The notes below the pieces were generated by a model that saw nothing but the letters and a program-made list of their open reading frames with translations, was not told where the DNA came from and ran no database searches. A DNA stretch of 63,795 nucleotides, filler included, from Octopus bimaculoides (Eukaryota): the NCBI RefSeq assembly GCF_001194135.2. It is 5 parts of 5 records of this genome, joined end to end, with 100 filler letters (N's around TTAATTAATTAA, not from the genome) between each part and the next. Parts side by side here need not be neighbours in the genome. Positions count along the whole stretch, not along the records: positions 1 to 18,793 come from NC_068988.1; 4 more parts are not named here. One strand, 5' to 3'. This document shows, piece after piece, positions 1-12,367 of this stretch; position 1 is the stretch's first letter; the number at the start of each line of letters is the position of its first letter. The translations under genes and the position numbers were made by a program.

Positions 1-680
1 TTATCTTTTTATTTCAAGTAAATATATTCTCATTCACTTCTAGACTGGTCAACCTCTTCTGTGCGTTTCCTGACCGACTACACTTGCTACGGAATTTCTA
101 TTTCTATACATTTGGGGTACTTAAATTTATTCCTGACTTTGCATCTGCTTTTCCGTGGGTATGTCTAAGTATTTAATTTATTTTCATTTTGTGTTCCTCG
201 CTGATGAAGGGAGAATCCCTTTCGGAGTAATCCAGGAATCGGAACCGAATCGGTGATAACTATATTTTTATAAATTTTAGTTAGCTTGCTTTCCTCGTTT
301 TGGCACGTGGTGTAATATAATATAAAGGAAAATATTTTATGTAGTTAGACGATTTAGCGCCTATGTTTCAGCGTATTGGCATGGAAAAAAATTCTTTTGG
401 CCTTATTTATACTTATATATATATATATATACACAACCACGCACGTGCACACACACATATACACACATACATACATACTTACATACACACATATATACAT
501 AGATACATACATACTTATAGATGATTTAGAAAAATGAAAGAAGTATTAAAATACTTTATTATTTTGGGGATGACCCAATACTTGGTTGTTAATTGTACTC
601 TCTTGAACTCACTTCACCTCAAGATGAATATATTAATACGAAGAGGTTGAAAATTAATTGATATTTGTGATATTCATATA

Positions 681-776
681 TTCTTTTATATGTTTCAGTC
701 TGTTGACTGCGGCCATGATGGAGCACCGCTTTGGTCGTATATACATATACGTATACATATACATATATATATATAT

Positions 777-813
<37 letters not shown>

Positions 814-1404
814 NNNNNNNNNNNNNNNNNNNNNNNNNNNNNNNNNNNNNNNNNNNNNNNNNNNNNNNNNNNNNNNNNNNNNNNNNNNNNNNNNNNNNNN
901 NNNNNNNNNNNNNNNNNNNNNNNNNNNNNNNNNNNNNNNNNNNNNNNNNNNNNNNNNNNNNNNNNNNNNNNNNNNNNNNNNNNNNNNNNNNNNNNNNNNN
1001 NNNNNNNNNNNNNNNNNNNNNNNNNNNNNNNNNNNNNNNNNNNNNNNNNNNNNNNNNNNNNNNNNNNNNNNNNNNNNNNNNNNNNNNNNNNNNNNNNNNN
1101 NNNNNNNNNNNNNNNNNNNNNNNNNNNNNNNNNNNNNNNNNNNNNNNNNNNNNNNNNNNNNNNNNNNNNNNNNNNNNNNNNNNNNNNNNNNNNNNNNNNN
1201 NNNNNNNNNNNNNNNNNNNNNNNNNTGCGTGTGTGTGTATATACGACGGGTTTCTTTCAGTTTCCGCCTACCAAATCCAGTCACAAGGCCTTGGTAGGCC
1301 TGAGGCTATAATAGAAGACACTGTCCAAGGTGTCACACAGTGGGACTGAGCCCGGCACCTTGTTGTTAGTAAGCTAGCTACTTACCACACAGCCACACCT
1401 GCCC
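681..1404 (-). mobile_element. tRNA-derived SINE, family B (head 1242-1404, 3' tail 681-737, middle lost in N gap)
   Basis: Reverse complement matches the head (GGCTGTGTGGTAAG...CAGTCCCACTG...CCTTGG) and tail (GGCCGCAGTC...GACTGAAACA) of the full copies at 33430 and 47076. Confidence 0.75.
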
Positions 1405-2512
1405 CTATTTATACATATTTGTTCGTACATATGGATTAGATGCTTAATATAAAATTTACTCTAGCCTAGACTTTTTCCGTATCATTATTATCATTTAATA
1501 ATACTAAATAATCGTATCGGTGGCTCTAGTATTATTTTCTAATTATAATGCCTGTGTGTATAAATGCGTGTGTGCGTGTGTGTTTGTGGTTATGAATTGT
1601 GCTAAGGACAAAAAATGGATGACAGGAGCAGAGGGGGAACAACAAACAAGTTATATTAATTAGACGCTCAGCAGCATGAAGAGTCATTAAAATTACAAGC
1701 CTACGCTTTCCGACAAAATGGAATGAGTCGAGAGAAAAATGAAAAAGAAAATGTGGTTGTACATGTTGAAGTGACTGTGAGGATGTGGTTGGAGATAACA
1801 GTGGAAAGTGAGACGGCAATAACCTCTTTAAAGTGTGTGTGGACAAGCTCGTGTGTATATACTTGTGTATAGGCGAACGTGTGTGTATATATGTGTAGGC
1901 AAGCATGAGTGTGAGAATAAACATTAAGTGAGCGTGCGTATGTGCATGTCGGAGCGTACGTCTATATGCGTCTGCGTGTGTATGCGTGCAAGTAAAAGTA
2001 TGTGTGCAACTGTAGAAGAATCTGTGAAACAATGTGTGCGTGTTCTCCGTGTATTTGTGTGTGCGTGTATCTGTGAACGTATGTATATGTGGAAGATTAT
2101 GTAGATGCCTCACGTACGGGGCATGAGACTATCAGATATTGCGTGTGTGTGTATGGGGGTGCAAAGGCATGTGTGTAGTATGTACTGATTATGTGCATAT
2201 TTTGTGCAAGTATTGTGTCTGCATGTGTGTTCTTGTCGTTTCATTTATGTAGGTGTGTGTTTTTCCGTGTGTGTGTAAAAAGGCAGGCAGACATATGCAC
2301 CCGTGTGTTTGCTTTTGCATAAAATGTGTGTGGGTGTGTGTGTGTGTAACAATATTGCGTGTGTTTAGTATGCGTGTTTATGCTTGTATAATGTGTTTCT
2401 ATGCATCTGTATATATATGAGCGAGTGCACGTGTCCCTATTAACAGTTCGTGTGTGTTTATATGGGTCTGTATGATGACATTGCTACGTGTATGTGTATT
2501 CTGTGTTTGGGC

Positions 2513-2554
<42 letters not shown>

Positions 2555-3230
2555 GTGTGTAGGTAAGATTGGCTGTCAATGAGTGTGAGGCTATGCAGCA
2601 TGTGTTGTACGGGAATGTATACGAATCGACCTCTATCGAGGTGCGATGTAGAATAAGGGATGACACGAAGTGTTGGACGGGAATAAGGGAGTGGTCGTTC
2701 GGCTGCTGGTGTATGTGAGGTGGGCTGGAATGTATGCGTGCGTGTACATGCATTTTGTATGTGTGTATGCATGCGCGTGTTCAATTATATAACTGTATGA
2801 GTATACTGTAGAGACATAATGTTGTTTGTGTTTTGGATACTAAGTATAAAAGAGTAGAGCAGCTGAGTAGGAGTAGAGGAGGAGATGCAGTAGAAATTTG
2901 GATGAGTGTGGTGTACGTAAATGTGTTCTGAGATGCGTTCAGATGAAGAGAGGTGAGGACTGAGACAATGAGTGACTGACAAAACAAGAATTAAAATAAA
3001 TTGCCGATATTGACGGAGGCGGGTGCTTGGATGACCGCCGTGCACACCCAGCCCGAAAATATATAGGTGCAGCAAATAACAGATAAGGTCGAGCGTAAGT
3101 GGCGCGAGACGGAGGTAGTATTGCTGAGCCTGATATCGTAAAGATGTTCGGGGAGACGGTCAGCTGAGCGCCGGCAAGACTGATTTATGTATATATGTAT
3201 GTGTGTATGTGTGTGTGTATGTATGTGTGT

Positions 3231-3284
<54 letters not shown>

Positions 3285-5080
3285 ATGCGTGTGGGTGTGT
3301 GGGTGTGTAGGAATATGTGTAGGAATGTCTGACGTTTGCACATACTCGCATCTGATAGCTTCACACACATATGTTCGGGATCCATATATNNNNNNNNNNA
3401 TATATATATATATATAAATATATATCAGCTCAGGCATGGTGGGGTGTTGCGTTGGCTACGCGATAACATGGTCTCTGGTTCATTCCCACTATGCAATACA
3501 CGGGACATATATTTCATATTATAATCCCCGCTCCATTTATAAGCGTATCGAACGAAGAACCAGGGAGGAAAAAAGAAACCAGTAGATTAAGAAACTTTAG
3601 ATGCATACCATGGCTGATTTGTCTGAGACCAACTCTCCAATGCTGTGCGTTAGCATGGCTGCAGACAATTCACTAAACTAATGAATGAGTTAAATAATAT
3701 ATATATATATATATATATGTATATGCATTCATACAGTCCGTCACGTATTTCAACATAGTTGTGTTGATCTTCTTTTATGTTATTGCGATAAAATCAGTTC
3801 AAGTTTAGAATTTACTAAAGTTGTAGTTATATTAATTAGTTTAAATAATTGATTTACCTTAACCCGTGTGCTCTATAGTCGTTCTATAAATCTAAAGTAA
3901 CTACTTTTACATTGTATCTGTAGGTGCGTCTACATTTTATTGTTATTTCGATACAATTATAACTTACATGTGGTAAATACAACGTAATTACGTTAGAAAC
4001 ACGTTTGCTGAAGTTTTACTATGTTGAATAATGTTAGGTGTACCATTTATTGTGTTGCATTGAATGTACGAGAACATTACGCTGTATTCAGTGAGGCTTG
4101 TTAAATTAGACAAGATTAAAGCTGCTTCAATTGGCCTGCAGGAACAACACTCGTGTCGGTATTTCTACATAGCATACCTTTCACTGAAAACTATTTTCGT
4201 AGGAGCGTGGAAATATGTAATTAAATTAAAGCAGGTGCATCATTATTGATTCTGTGCAGTGTATGCTAAGTTGCTGCCAAAACGAATCTGAAGAAGTTGA
4301 TGGAGTATTCCATATGCAATTATATTTGAGTCAAGGAAACCTTTTTTTTTTCTTGGACAAATTAGCTCGCATAAGTTTACGTTACATTGTAAAATAAACA
4401 TAACTTATTTAGATTAACACATCAGTAATATGTAAGTAGAGGGAGAAAAATTATTATGGTAATGTTGTGTGTGTCATAATGTGGATGATGCAATCAGATT
4501 GAAAGTAATTTCGGCATGCTGGTGAGTGAATATTTTGCTGTTTACCCAAGTTTCTATACGTAATTACATATCACATAAGATTTTATTTGTCACTAAACAA
4601 TGTATAAACAATTGGATTATTTCTGTAACACGTAACGTTATTCTAGAACAATATGTCTTCCCTATACACAAAGCAATTGTAAATAATCCAGTCCTCAGTG
4701 AGTGAAAAGGAAAATGAACAGAGATCCAGAATGACAAGGAGAATGAGAGACTGTGAGCGGGTGGGCCATGATATGCAAACGAAATAAAAAAACAATCAGA
4801 GAATTTAAGATGCAGAGATATAGATCAGACAAAAGTTGGATTTTATGATATGCAAAAATCTAAGCGACCAACGTTTTCAAAATGAGATTGGAGTAATCAT
4901 TTCTATTTTTATTTCTTATCTTTCTTGCTATGTATATAGATATGCATGTATTTATAAATATTTAAATTATATCTATGTACTTTCATATGTTTTAGTTTTA
5001 TAAGCAATTCTATATTTATACGTCTATAAGTCTATGTACACGTTAAAATAGATATATACTCACACAACTACTTAAACATA

Positions 5081-5224
5081 TACATTATTTAGATTATTTA
5101 CAATCGGCGGATATTGTCCTCAATTTTTTTGTTGTTAGCACACCGCCTTCATCAGGTGTCTTGAGAAAATTTCGAACCTGGGTTCTCATTCCTAAGGTAT
5201 TTTTCGAAGCTGTTGTTGTTGTAG

Positions 5225-5277
<53 letters not shown>

Positions 5278-5352
5278 ATTCAGGTCACTGCCTAGAATCG
5301 AACTCGAAATCTTGGGGTTAGTAGCCCGCGCTCATAACCTCTACGCCATATT
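5081..5352 (-). mobile_element. tRNA-head SINE with (AAT)n linker and PLE-like hammerhead tail (stem II deleted)
   Basis: Minus strand: A box TGGCGTAGAGG, B box GAGTTCGATTC, GGCAGTGACCTGAAT, (AAT)n, then CAAGACACCTGATGAAGGC--GGTGTGCTAACAAC...TGTAAATAAT; colinear with 35980-36237. Confidence 0.8.
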
Positions 5353-5359
5353 GCGTGGA

Positions 5360-5552
5360 TAGCACGCCAGGCGAAATGCTTAGCGGTATTTCGCTCGCCT
5401 TTACGTTCTAAGTTCAAATTACGCCGAGATCGAAGTTGTGTTTCATCCTGTTGGGGTCGTAAACTTAAGTACCAGTTGCATACTGGAGTCGATCTAGTCG
5501 AGTGGCCCCAGCCCCCAAAATTTCGGGCCTTGTGCCTAGAGTAGAAAAGAAT
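5360..5552 (+). mobile_element. SINE family A (Nin/Deu-domain-like), 5'-truncated
   Basis: GCGAAATGCTTAGCGGTATTTCG...GTTCAAATT...TTTCATCC...GGGGTCG...AAGTACCAG...GCCTAGAGTAGAAAAGA shared with more than 15 copies in the window. Confidence 0.85.
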
Positions 5553-5568
5553 ATTGTTCTCATTTTAA

Positions 5569-5718
5569 GGCGGCGAGCTGGCAGAAAATTTAGCACGCTG
5601 CGCGAAATGCTTAGAAGTATTTCGTCTATCTTTACGTCGTTAGTTCAAATTCCACCGAGGTCGACATTGCTTTTCATCCTTTCGGGGTCGATGAATTAAT
5701 TACCAGTTGCGTACTGGG
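5569..5718 (+). mobile_element. SINE family A, second tandem copy, 3'-truncated
   Basis: GGCGGCGAGCTGGCAGAA head, B box, CTTTTCATCCTTTCGGGGTCGAT core. Confidence 0.85.
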
Positions 5719-5729
5719 CACACTTGAGC

Positions 5730-6022
5730 AAAAAAAGATAAAAAACTTGTAACACCAAAGATGATCTGCAGGCAGTGATTATGGCAGCGTTCACGAACTG
5801 GAACGGGGACACCGACCAGGAGTGTTACAGGAGATTCCGAAGTCGTCTGGAAGCCGTAGTTGAAGCCAATAGTGATTTTATTGAAAACATTTACTCTTTT
5901 ATATTTGAAGATGTGTTTTATGTAATTTTGGTAAATATATCTGTTAAATTGAGATGTCATTTAATCGAGATGATCTTTTCATATTTGCGTAATTTGAACG
6001 TCAATTTATTCACCGCACCATG
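5730..6022 (+). mobile_element. Tc1/mariner-superfamily transposon 3' remnant
   Basis: Translation TKDDLQAVIMAAFTNWNGDTDQECYRRFRSRLEAVVEANSDFIE resembles a mariner-type transposase C-terminus; ends CACCGCACCATG followed by TA. Confidence 0.65.
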
Positions 6023-6060
6023 TACATACATTCCTATATATATATACACACACACATATA

Positions 6061-6125
<65 letters not shown>

Positions 6126-6230
6126 GGCGGAGGATTGGCTCTGTGGTAAGTAGCTTGCTTATCAACTATATGGCTCCGGGTTCAGTCTCAGTGCGTGGCA
6201 CCTTGGGCACTAAATGTCTCCCTTCAGATT
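6126..6230 (+). mobile_element. SINE family B head (runs into N gap)
   Basis: GGCTCTGTGGTAAGTAGCTTGCTT...CCGGGTTCAGTCTCAGTGCGTGGCACCTTGGGCA. Confidence 0.8.
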
Positions 6231-7029
6231 NNNNNNNNNNNNNNNNNNNNNNNNNNNNNNNNNNNNNNNNNNNNNNNNNNNNNNNNNNNNNNNNNNNNNN
6301 NNNNNNNNNNNNNNNNNNNNNNNNNNNNNNNNNNNNNNNNNNNNNNNNNNNNNNNNNNNNNNNNNNNNNNNNNNNNNNNNNNNNNNNNNNNNNNNNNNNN
6401 NNNNNNNNNNNNNNNNNNNNNNNNNNNNNNNNNNNNNNNNNNNNNNNNNNNNNNNNNNNNNNNNNNNNNNNNNNNNNNNNNNNNNNNNNNNNNNNNNNNN
6501 NNNNNNNNNNNNNNNNNNNNNNNNNNNNNNNNNNNNNNNNNNNNNNNNNNNNNNNNNNNNNNNNNNNNNNNNNNNNNNNNNNNNNNNNNNNNNNNNNNNN
6601 NNNNNNNNNNNNNNNNNNNNNNNNNNNNNNNNNNNNNNNNNNNNNNNNNNNNNNNNNNNNNNNNNNNNNNNNNNNNNNNNNNNNNNNNNNNNNNNNNNNN
6701 NNNNNNNNNNNNNNNNNNNNNNNNNNNNNNNNNNNNNNNNNNNNNNNNNNNNNNNNNNNNNNNNNNNNNNNNNNNNNNNNNNNNNNNNNNNNNNNNNNNN
6801 NNNNNNNNNNNNNNNNNNNNNNNNNNNNNNNNNNNNNNNNNNNNNNNNNNNNNNNNNNNNNNNNNNNNNNNNNNNNNNNNNNNNNNNNNNNNNNNNNNNN
6901 NNNNNNNNNNNNNNNNNNNNNNNNNNNNNNNNNNNNNNNNNNNNNNNNNNNNNNNNNNNNNNNNNNNNNNNNNNNNNNNNNNNNNNNNNNNNNNNNNNNN
7001 NNNNNNTATTTATTTATATAGATAGATGT

Positions 7030-7061
<32 letters not shown>

Positions 7062-7606
7062 GAATATATGTGTGGGTATGTTTGTGTTTGTATGTGTGTG
7101 CCTGCGTTTGTATGTGTGTGGGGTGTAACTGTAAATGATAACAACTAATATTTATATATAATTGTATTGCTACGCCTACACGAAAAAAAAATTCCATATA
7201 TGCGTGTACGTAGAAACTAAATCTCTCCCTTTCGCCATATTTATTTAAATATACAACTTCATATGGAGATTATTACCATTATTATTATTATTATTAGTTT
7301 TTTATGACTTAGTGAAAATTGTGAAATCCACCTTATCTTTACTCCCGACTTTGATGAAGACACGGAAATGAACTCGAGAAAAGTAGACGACATATTCAAT
7401 ATTAACTTAATACTTTGCGAGGTGAACAAGAAATATTATTATAAATATGTTTATCATTCTGTATACAACCGCAAATTGCATTTTCTGCATTATTCTTTTA
7501 TGTAATGAACCTCGATTGCAGTAATCCAATATACTTAACATTTTTCTTACTCATCAGCATACGCCATAATGATAGTAGGCTATGTATGTATGGATATATA
7601 TATATA

Positions 7607-7700
7607 AGGAACATAAGCAAAGTAGAAAATGGTAGAATGATTTTGTCATGAAGACTTTAGTACCGGTTTCAGTCTTGGCAATTTTTTAACTTGGAGTAAA
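7607..7700 (-). mobile_element. Probable PLE-like tail with hammerhead 3' half
   Basis: Minus strand GAA-ACCGGT-A (palindromic stem III plus GUA) at 7661-7670, followed by about 55 nt that end in (AT)n; the CUGANGA half is not recognisable. Confidence 0.35.
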
Positions 7701-7795
7701 CCATGAAAAAGAAATTATATTGTGAAAAAATGAAATAAAAGGTCTTTTTAAAATTTATTTCCAAATTTTTCGAATACATAGGACATTTTCCTTTC

Positions 7796-7851
<56 letters not shown>

Positions 7852-8021
7852 TCTATCTCTCTCTATCTCTCTTACTTTTGTGAGGGGTCGGTAGTAGGTA
7901 TTACGTAGTAGTAGATCTAAAAGAATATTGGATATGAGTGATGTGAGTTCTTCGTTTTGGTTAAGAATTCCAACAACAAAATAGAAACGGATATATACTA
8001 TAAGCCCATCAACTCCAAGCA

Positions 8022-8165
8022 AAAATCTGGAGAGGTACGTGGAACAAATTTGGGCTGCAACAAGGGCTGAGCACTTGCAGAAACAGCATTGCTAGGACCC
8101 GCCCGAATACTCCGCAAGGTGCTCGAAAAATAAGAGACGTTACCTCAGTTCAACAGTAATGAACT
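8022..8165 (+). mobile_element. R4/Dong-like (RLE-clade) LINE 3' end remnant
   Basis: Translation NLERYVEQIWAATRAEHLQK/ALLGPARILRKVLEK* resembles the LQKxxLLGTARILRKVL C-terminus of RLE-clade elements. Confidence 0.7.
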
Positions 8166-9200
8166 ACCTAAAAATTCATTGTTTCACTTCGATGTATTAA
8201 TAGAATCGTAGGGGTGTTTGAGTATTATATTGTGTTACGCTTATTTTCATTTGTACCAAAAAATATGAAAAAAAAAATAACAAATAAAATATTTAAGTAC
8301 AAAACGTCTCATAAATTTGTCAATGCAATATATATCCAAACATTTTGTGAAAGTATAATCTGAAATATATGCAATTCTTCAAATATTAGTTTTCATTTCA
8401 AATTGATTGCATAAAAAATGAACAATGTTCGTAATATGCTGATATTAATTTAATATGTTGCTAAGTATACGAATAATTACCACTTGACTTCAACACTATA
8501 AGAATTAAAATATAAGAAATGTAGATGTTTATTTATGTTCACTGCTAAACAGACTCAAGGGATCAACAAATAAAGATACATTAAAGGGGTAGGCTAATAG
8601 ATAAATTTATCAAACATAATATACCTAATGGCATATGAATAAAATTTCATTTCACAACAATGGATTTATGAAGAAAACAAGCAAACGTCCAATTAAAATA
8701 ACATTATAATATGAAACAAATATTTCAGAAAATATGTACTCAGAAAATGAACATTCTTGCACCAATCTTATTAATATTAATTACAAACAACTTATGTTTG
8801 TTTACCTGCTTTTTATACTTTTTCGCTTCTCAATAATATATTTCAATACGTGTGTGTGTATGTATGTGTGTGTGTATGTGTGTGTGTTGCATGGTTTTCA
8901 ACAATATATAGAATATATGAGTTGATTGTTCTTTGTAAAATTGTTCCTATCTCAAAATGTAATTTTAAATTGAAATTGTGCATGCACCGACGGGTAAAGT
9001 AATACAGAATACGATAAATAAAATATATATTCGAATACATATGATTGTGTATTTGGTACGTTAATATTAAAATTCATTTAGCCAAGTACCCGTTACATTT
9101 TCTATAGTTACGAGTATGAGGGAGAACGAAACGCCAGCCGGTATTATTCCCTTTATTCTAAGCGAAGAATTGACCACAAGCTACTAAATCACACCCCCTC

Positions 9201-9311
9201 ATAGTACGGGCGAAATACTTAGTGGTATTTCGTCTGCTGCTACGTTCTAGGTTCAAACTGTGCTTTTCACCCTTTCGGGGTCGATAAATTAAGCACCAGT
9301 TGAAGACTGGA
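9201..9311 (+). mobile_element. SINE family A, degenerate internal fragment
   Basis: GGCGAAATACTTAGTGGTATTTCGTCTG...CCTTTCGGGGTCGATAAATTAAGCACCAG. Confidence 0.7.
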
Positions 9312-10630
9312 GATGGTGTCAGGCTTGTTTGCTACGGTCCGCATATTTGCCAGGCAGAGGTTTTTCTTCCCTCCTATAGGCCAATTGTTCAAGCGCATTT
9401 TGCTTCGCTACTGATTTCACCTTGGTATTAACCTGGGTATTAAGCATAAACTCACTTATTGTTATTGTTGTTGTTGTTGTTGTTGTTACACAGTAGTCTT
9501 ATTTTTATCACGTGATTACACTGCACTACTGAGCACAGCTCTGTGTGCCTTGGATATTATTATTATTGAATTGGATAAACCGTATTATATTGCGCTGAAG
9601 TGTTTTGGGAGTAGATTAGGAATAATGACTACAAAATATAGTTGTTTTACATGAAACATTTAAAATGAAGAAATTAAGAGTTTGACTTCAGTGCACGAAT
9701 ACTGCTTTGATGCCCATCGACTACTCGATCGCTTCCAATAACCATGAGCAAAAATCTTCTTGTCACCATCCGATGGTTATCGTCATCTGCCATCTCGTAT
9801 AGCATTTGCTAGTTTAAACAAAACTCTTATTTAATAGTTGATTCTTTGGAACAAATCAAATATGATTCTTTAAAAACAGGGTTGAATGACAGTACTAAAT
9901 CGTATTTGAAACAATGGAAACGTATGTCCATTTCCGTCATTTACTCTGAGGAAAATGTTATAGTGCATGACCATCGTTGGTACATAAGTGATGTGTCAGT
10001 AAAGTTTAGAAAAATACGTTGAGAACTGTGGAAATATATGCGTTAATCATTATACGCACAATACTGTGATTTATATATACTAGATTAAGCATGTTAATTT
10101 CAGGGATCCACGAAACTCTAAATAGAGCTGGTTGCAAAGTTTGTTCCCTTCTCGTATTCCGATAAGTTTAAGAATATATTCAAATTAAACTATTAGATAG
10201 CGTCCGCGTTATAATGTTTAGATTTGAACAACATACGAATGAGTCACATTTTGCTACTTACAGAAACACTAGCGTTTCGTCGTTTGGGATAAAATTATTT
10301 TCACCACATACTCATTATACGACCAGTTGACTATGTCAATAGAAATCAATGAATCTCTTCATCTGAAAAAAAAAAATATGTTAAGCAATTCTTAGTGAAA
10401 ATAAGAGCGAATAAAGATTAATAAACGAGAATATGAGTGTAAACGTAGTTAAAATATGCATTAAATATTTACATTCATTAAACATTCGAAGAAATCAATT
10501 AAAATTTTACATTGATGAATCATTTGAAAAATTAAAGGAAATGGACGGATAAAATCATTTCCTTACCAAACCACATTAATAAAAATAAAACACGACTATT
10601 AACATATTTTACGCGCATCATCATCAACAT

Positions 10631-10677
10631 TAATAATAATAATTATAATAATAATAATAATAATAGTAATAATAAAG

Positions 10678-10730
<53 letters not shown>
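10631..10730. repeat. (AAT)n microsatellite
   Basis: About 33 near-perfect AAT units. Confidence 0.95.
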
Positions 10731-10731
<1 letters not shown>

Positions 10732-10735
10732 CGTG

Positions 10736-10860
10736 AAGGCGAATGGTTCAGTGGTTAGAGCGTCGAGCTTATGATCGTGAGGTTGTGAGTTCGAATCGCG
10801 GAGCGGGCTGCGTGTTGTGTTCTTGAGCAAGATACTTTATTTCACGTTGCTCCAGTTCAA
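10736..10860 (+). mobile_element. tRNA-derived SINE family C head, 3'-truncated
   Basis: A box TGGTTCAGTGG, B box GAGTTCGAATC, then TTGTGTTCTTGAGCAAGATACTTTATTTCACGTTGCTCCAG shared with 36822, 43978 and 47578. Confidence 0.8.
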
Positions 10861-10889
10861 TTAAACTTTTACAGTGATGAATATTTTGA

Positions 10890-11375
10890 AAAATTAAATG
10901 AAATGGACCGATACTCATATGAAGTAACAGAGAACTGGTATGGGCATGTATCAAGTAAAGGCATGCAGGAATATGGAAAAGTAACGATACTTTTGATTCT
11001 TTGGACTATGATTTCCAGACGGATCGTGTAATCGTACACCGTCAGTCGGATATTGTGACAATGAATAAGAGAGACAAATACTGTCAGATCTTTGATGGAG
11101 CCATACTAAATCTCATGCATGTTGTGAATATAGAGGTTGAACAAAATCACCAAGTAATCCGAATTGAAAGTGCACATGGCAAGACTGTATGGAATGCGAG
11201 AGGGCAACGTAAAAGTGATACCAATGGTAATCGGAGTGTTGGGCTCTATCCCATTGAAGCTTCAAAACTTCTTGAGGCAACTGGAAATCCCATGCAAAAA
11301 GCAGCCTTATTTGTCACGCCGCACATCTTAAGGACAGTATTATCTGACTGAGGTCCTTGTGACTTGAGCAGAATT
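10890..11375 (+). mobile_element. R4/Dong-like LINE remnant: restriction-like endonuclease region to stop codon
   Basis: Frameshifted translation W-DYDFQTDRVIVHRQSDIVTMNKRDKYCQIFDGAI...KVIPMVIGVLG...MQKAALFVTPHILRTVLSD*. Confidence 0.75.
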
Positions 11376-11379
11376 TTGG

Positions 11380-11850
11380 ACTTGCCATGCTCTCATATCA
11401 ATTACGATTTCTCTGACATTTCTTGCACTTGGTTATCAGCGCTCCGAATGCTCTCACAGCTACTGGGAGGCCAGACACTCTCCTAAGAGTCTACGTTCTT
11501 GCAATTTCGTCTTTTAGTAGTCTGCATTTACCATCTTTTCTCGTTCTTTGTCCCTTATGAGTGCAATATCTATGATCTCGGTTTTTCTTTCTTCCTTATT
11601 AACCCCAACAATGCCCGGTCTCCGAACATCGATTAGGGAGCTACAGTGGATTGCAAAATCCCTATTCTCAGTGATTCCTATTCCGTGCTCGTAACATTTA
11701 CCTAATCTATCCAGGCTCTACATTTCATATAGCTCAGTGAACAAACTTAAACGCGTTATCATGCCTCCTTTCGTAGTGCTTTTAGGCCGGCTTGCTACAC
11801 TCACTCACAATATTTGAGATTGTTTCGATTTTGCTGCCACACCTCATACA
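11380..11850 (-). mobile_element. R4/Dong-like LINE remnant: zinc knuckle plus RLE region
   Basis: Minus strand CMRCGSKIETISNIVSEC...HYERRHDN and RRPGIVGVNKEERKTEIIDIA...DKEREK, with stops and frameshifts. Confidence 0.7.
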
Positions 11851-11859
11851 GTGGGGTGA

Positions 11860-12091
11860 TATTATTACTATTTCATTATTATTATTATTATTGTTGTTGT
11901 TGCTGTTGTTAATAGTAGTAGTAGTAGTTGTTGTTGTTGTTGTTGTAGCAGTGATGGTGGTAGTGGTAGTGGTGATGGTAGTGGTAGTGGTGATGGTGGT
12001 GGCGATGGTGGCGACGGCGGCAGTAGTAGTAGTGGTGGTGGCAGTAGCAGTAGTAGTAGTAGTAGTAGTAGTAGGAGCAGCAGCAGCTGTA

Positions 12092-12126
<35 letters not shown>

Positions 12127-12160
12127 TGTAGTAGTAGTAGTAGTAGTAGTAGTAGTTGTT

Positions 12161-12215
<55 letters not shown>

Positions 12216-12238
12216 GANNNNNNNNNNAGTAGTAGTGG
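11860..12238. repeat. Compound trinucleotide tract (TTA/TTG/GTG/GTA)n
   Basis: Direct reading; source of the poly-V/Y/L ORFs. Confidence 0.95.
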
Positions 12239-12240
12239 TG

Positions 12241-12367
12241 GTGGGAGGAGGAGGAGTGGGAGGAGAGGAGTGAGAGGAGAGGAGTGGGAGGAGAGGAGTG
12301 GGAGGAAAGGAGTGGGAGGAGAGGAGTGGGAGGAGAGGAGTGGGAGGAGAGGAGTGGGAGGAGGAGT
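12241..12367. repeat. 14-bp purine-rich minisatellite (GTGGGAGGAGAGGA) x about 9
   Basis: Direct reading of tandem units. Confidence 0.9.
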
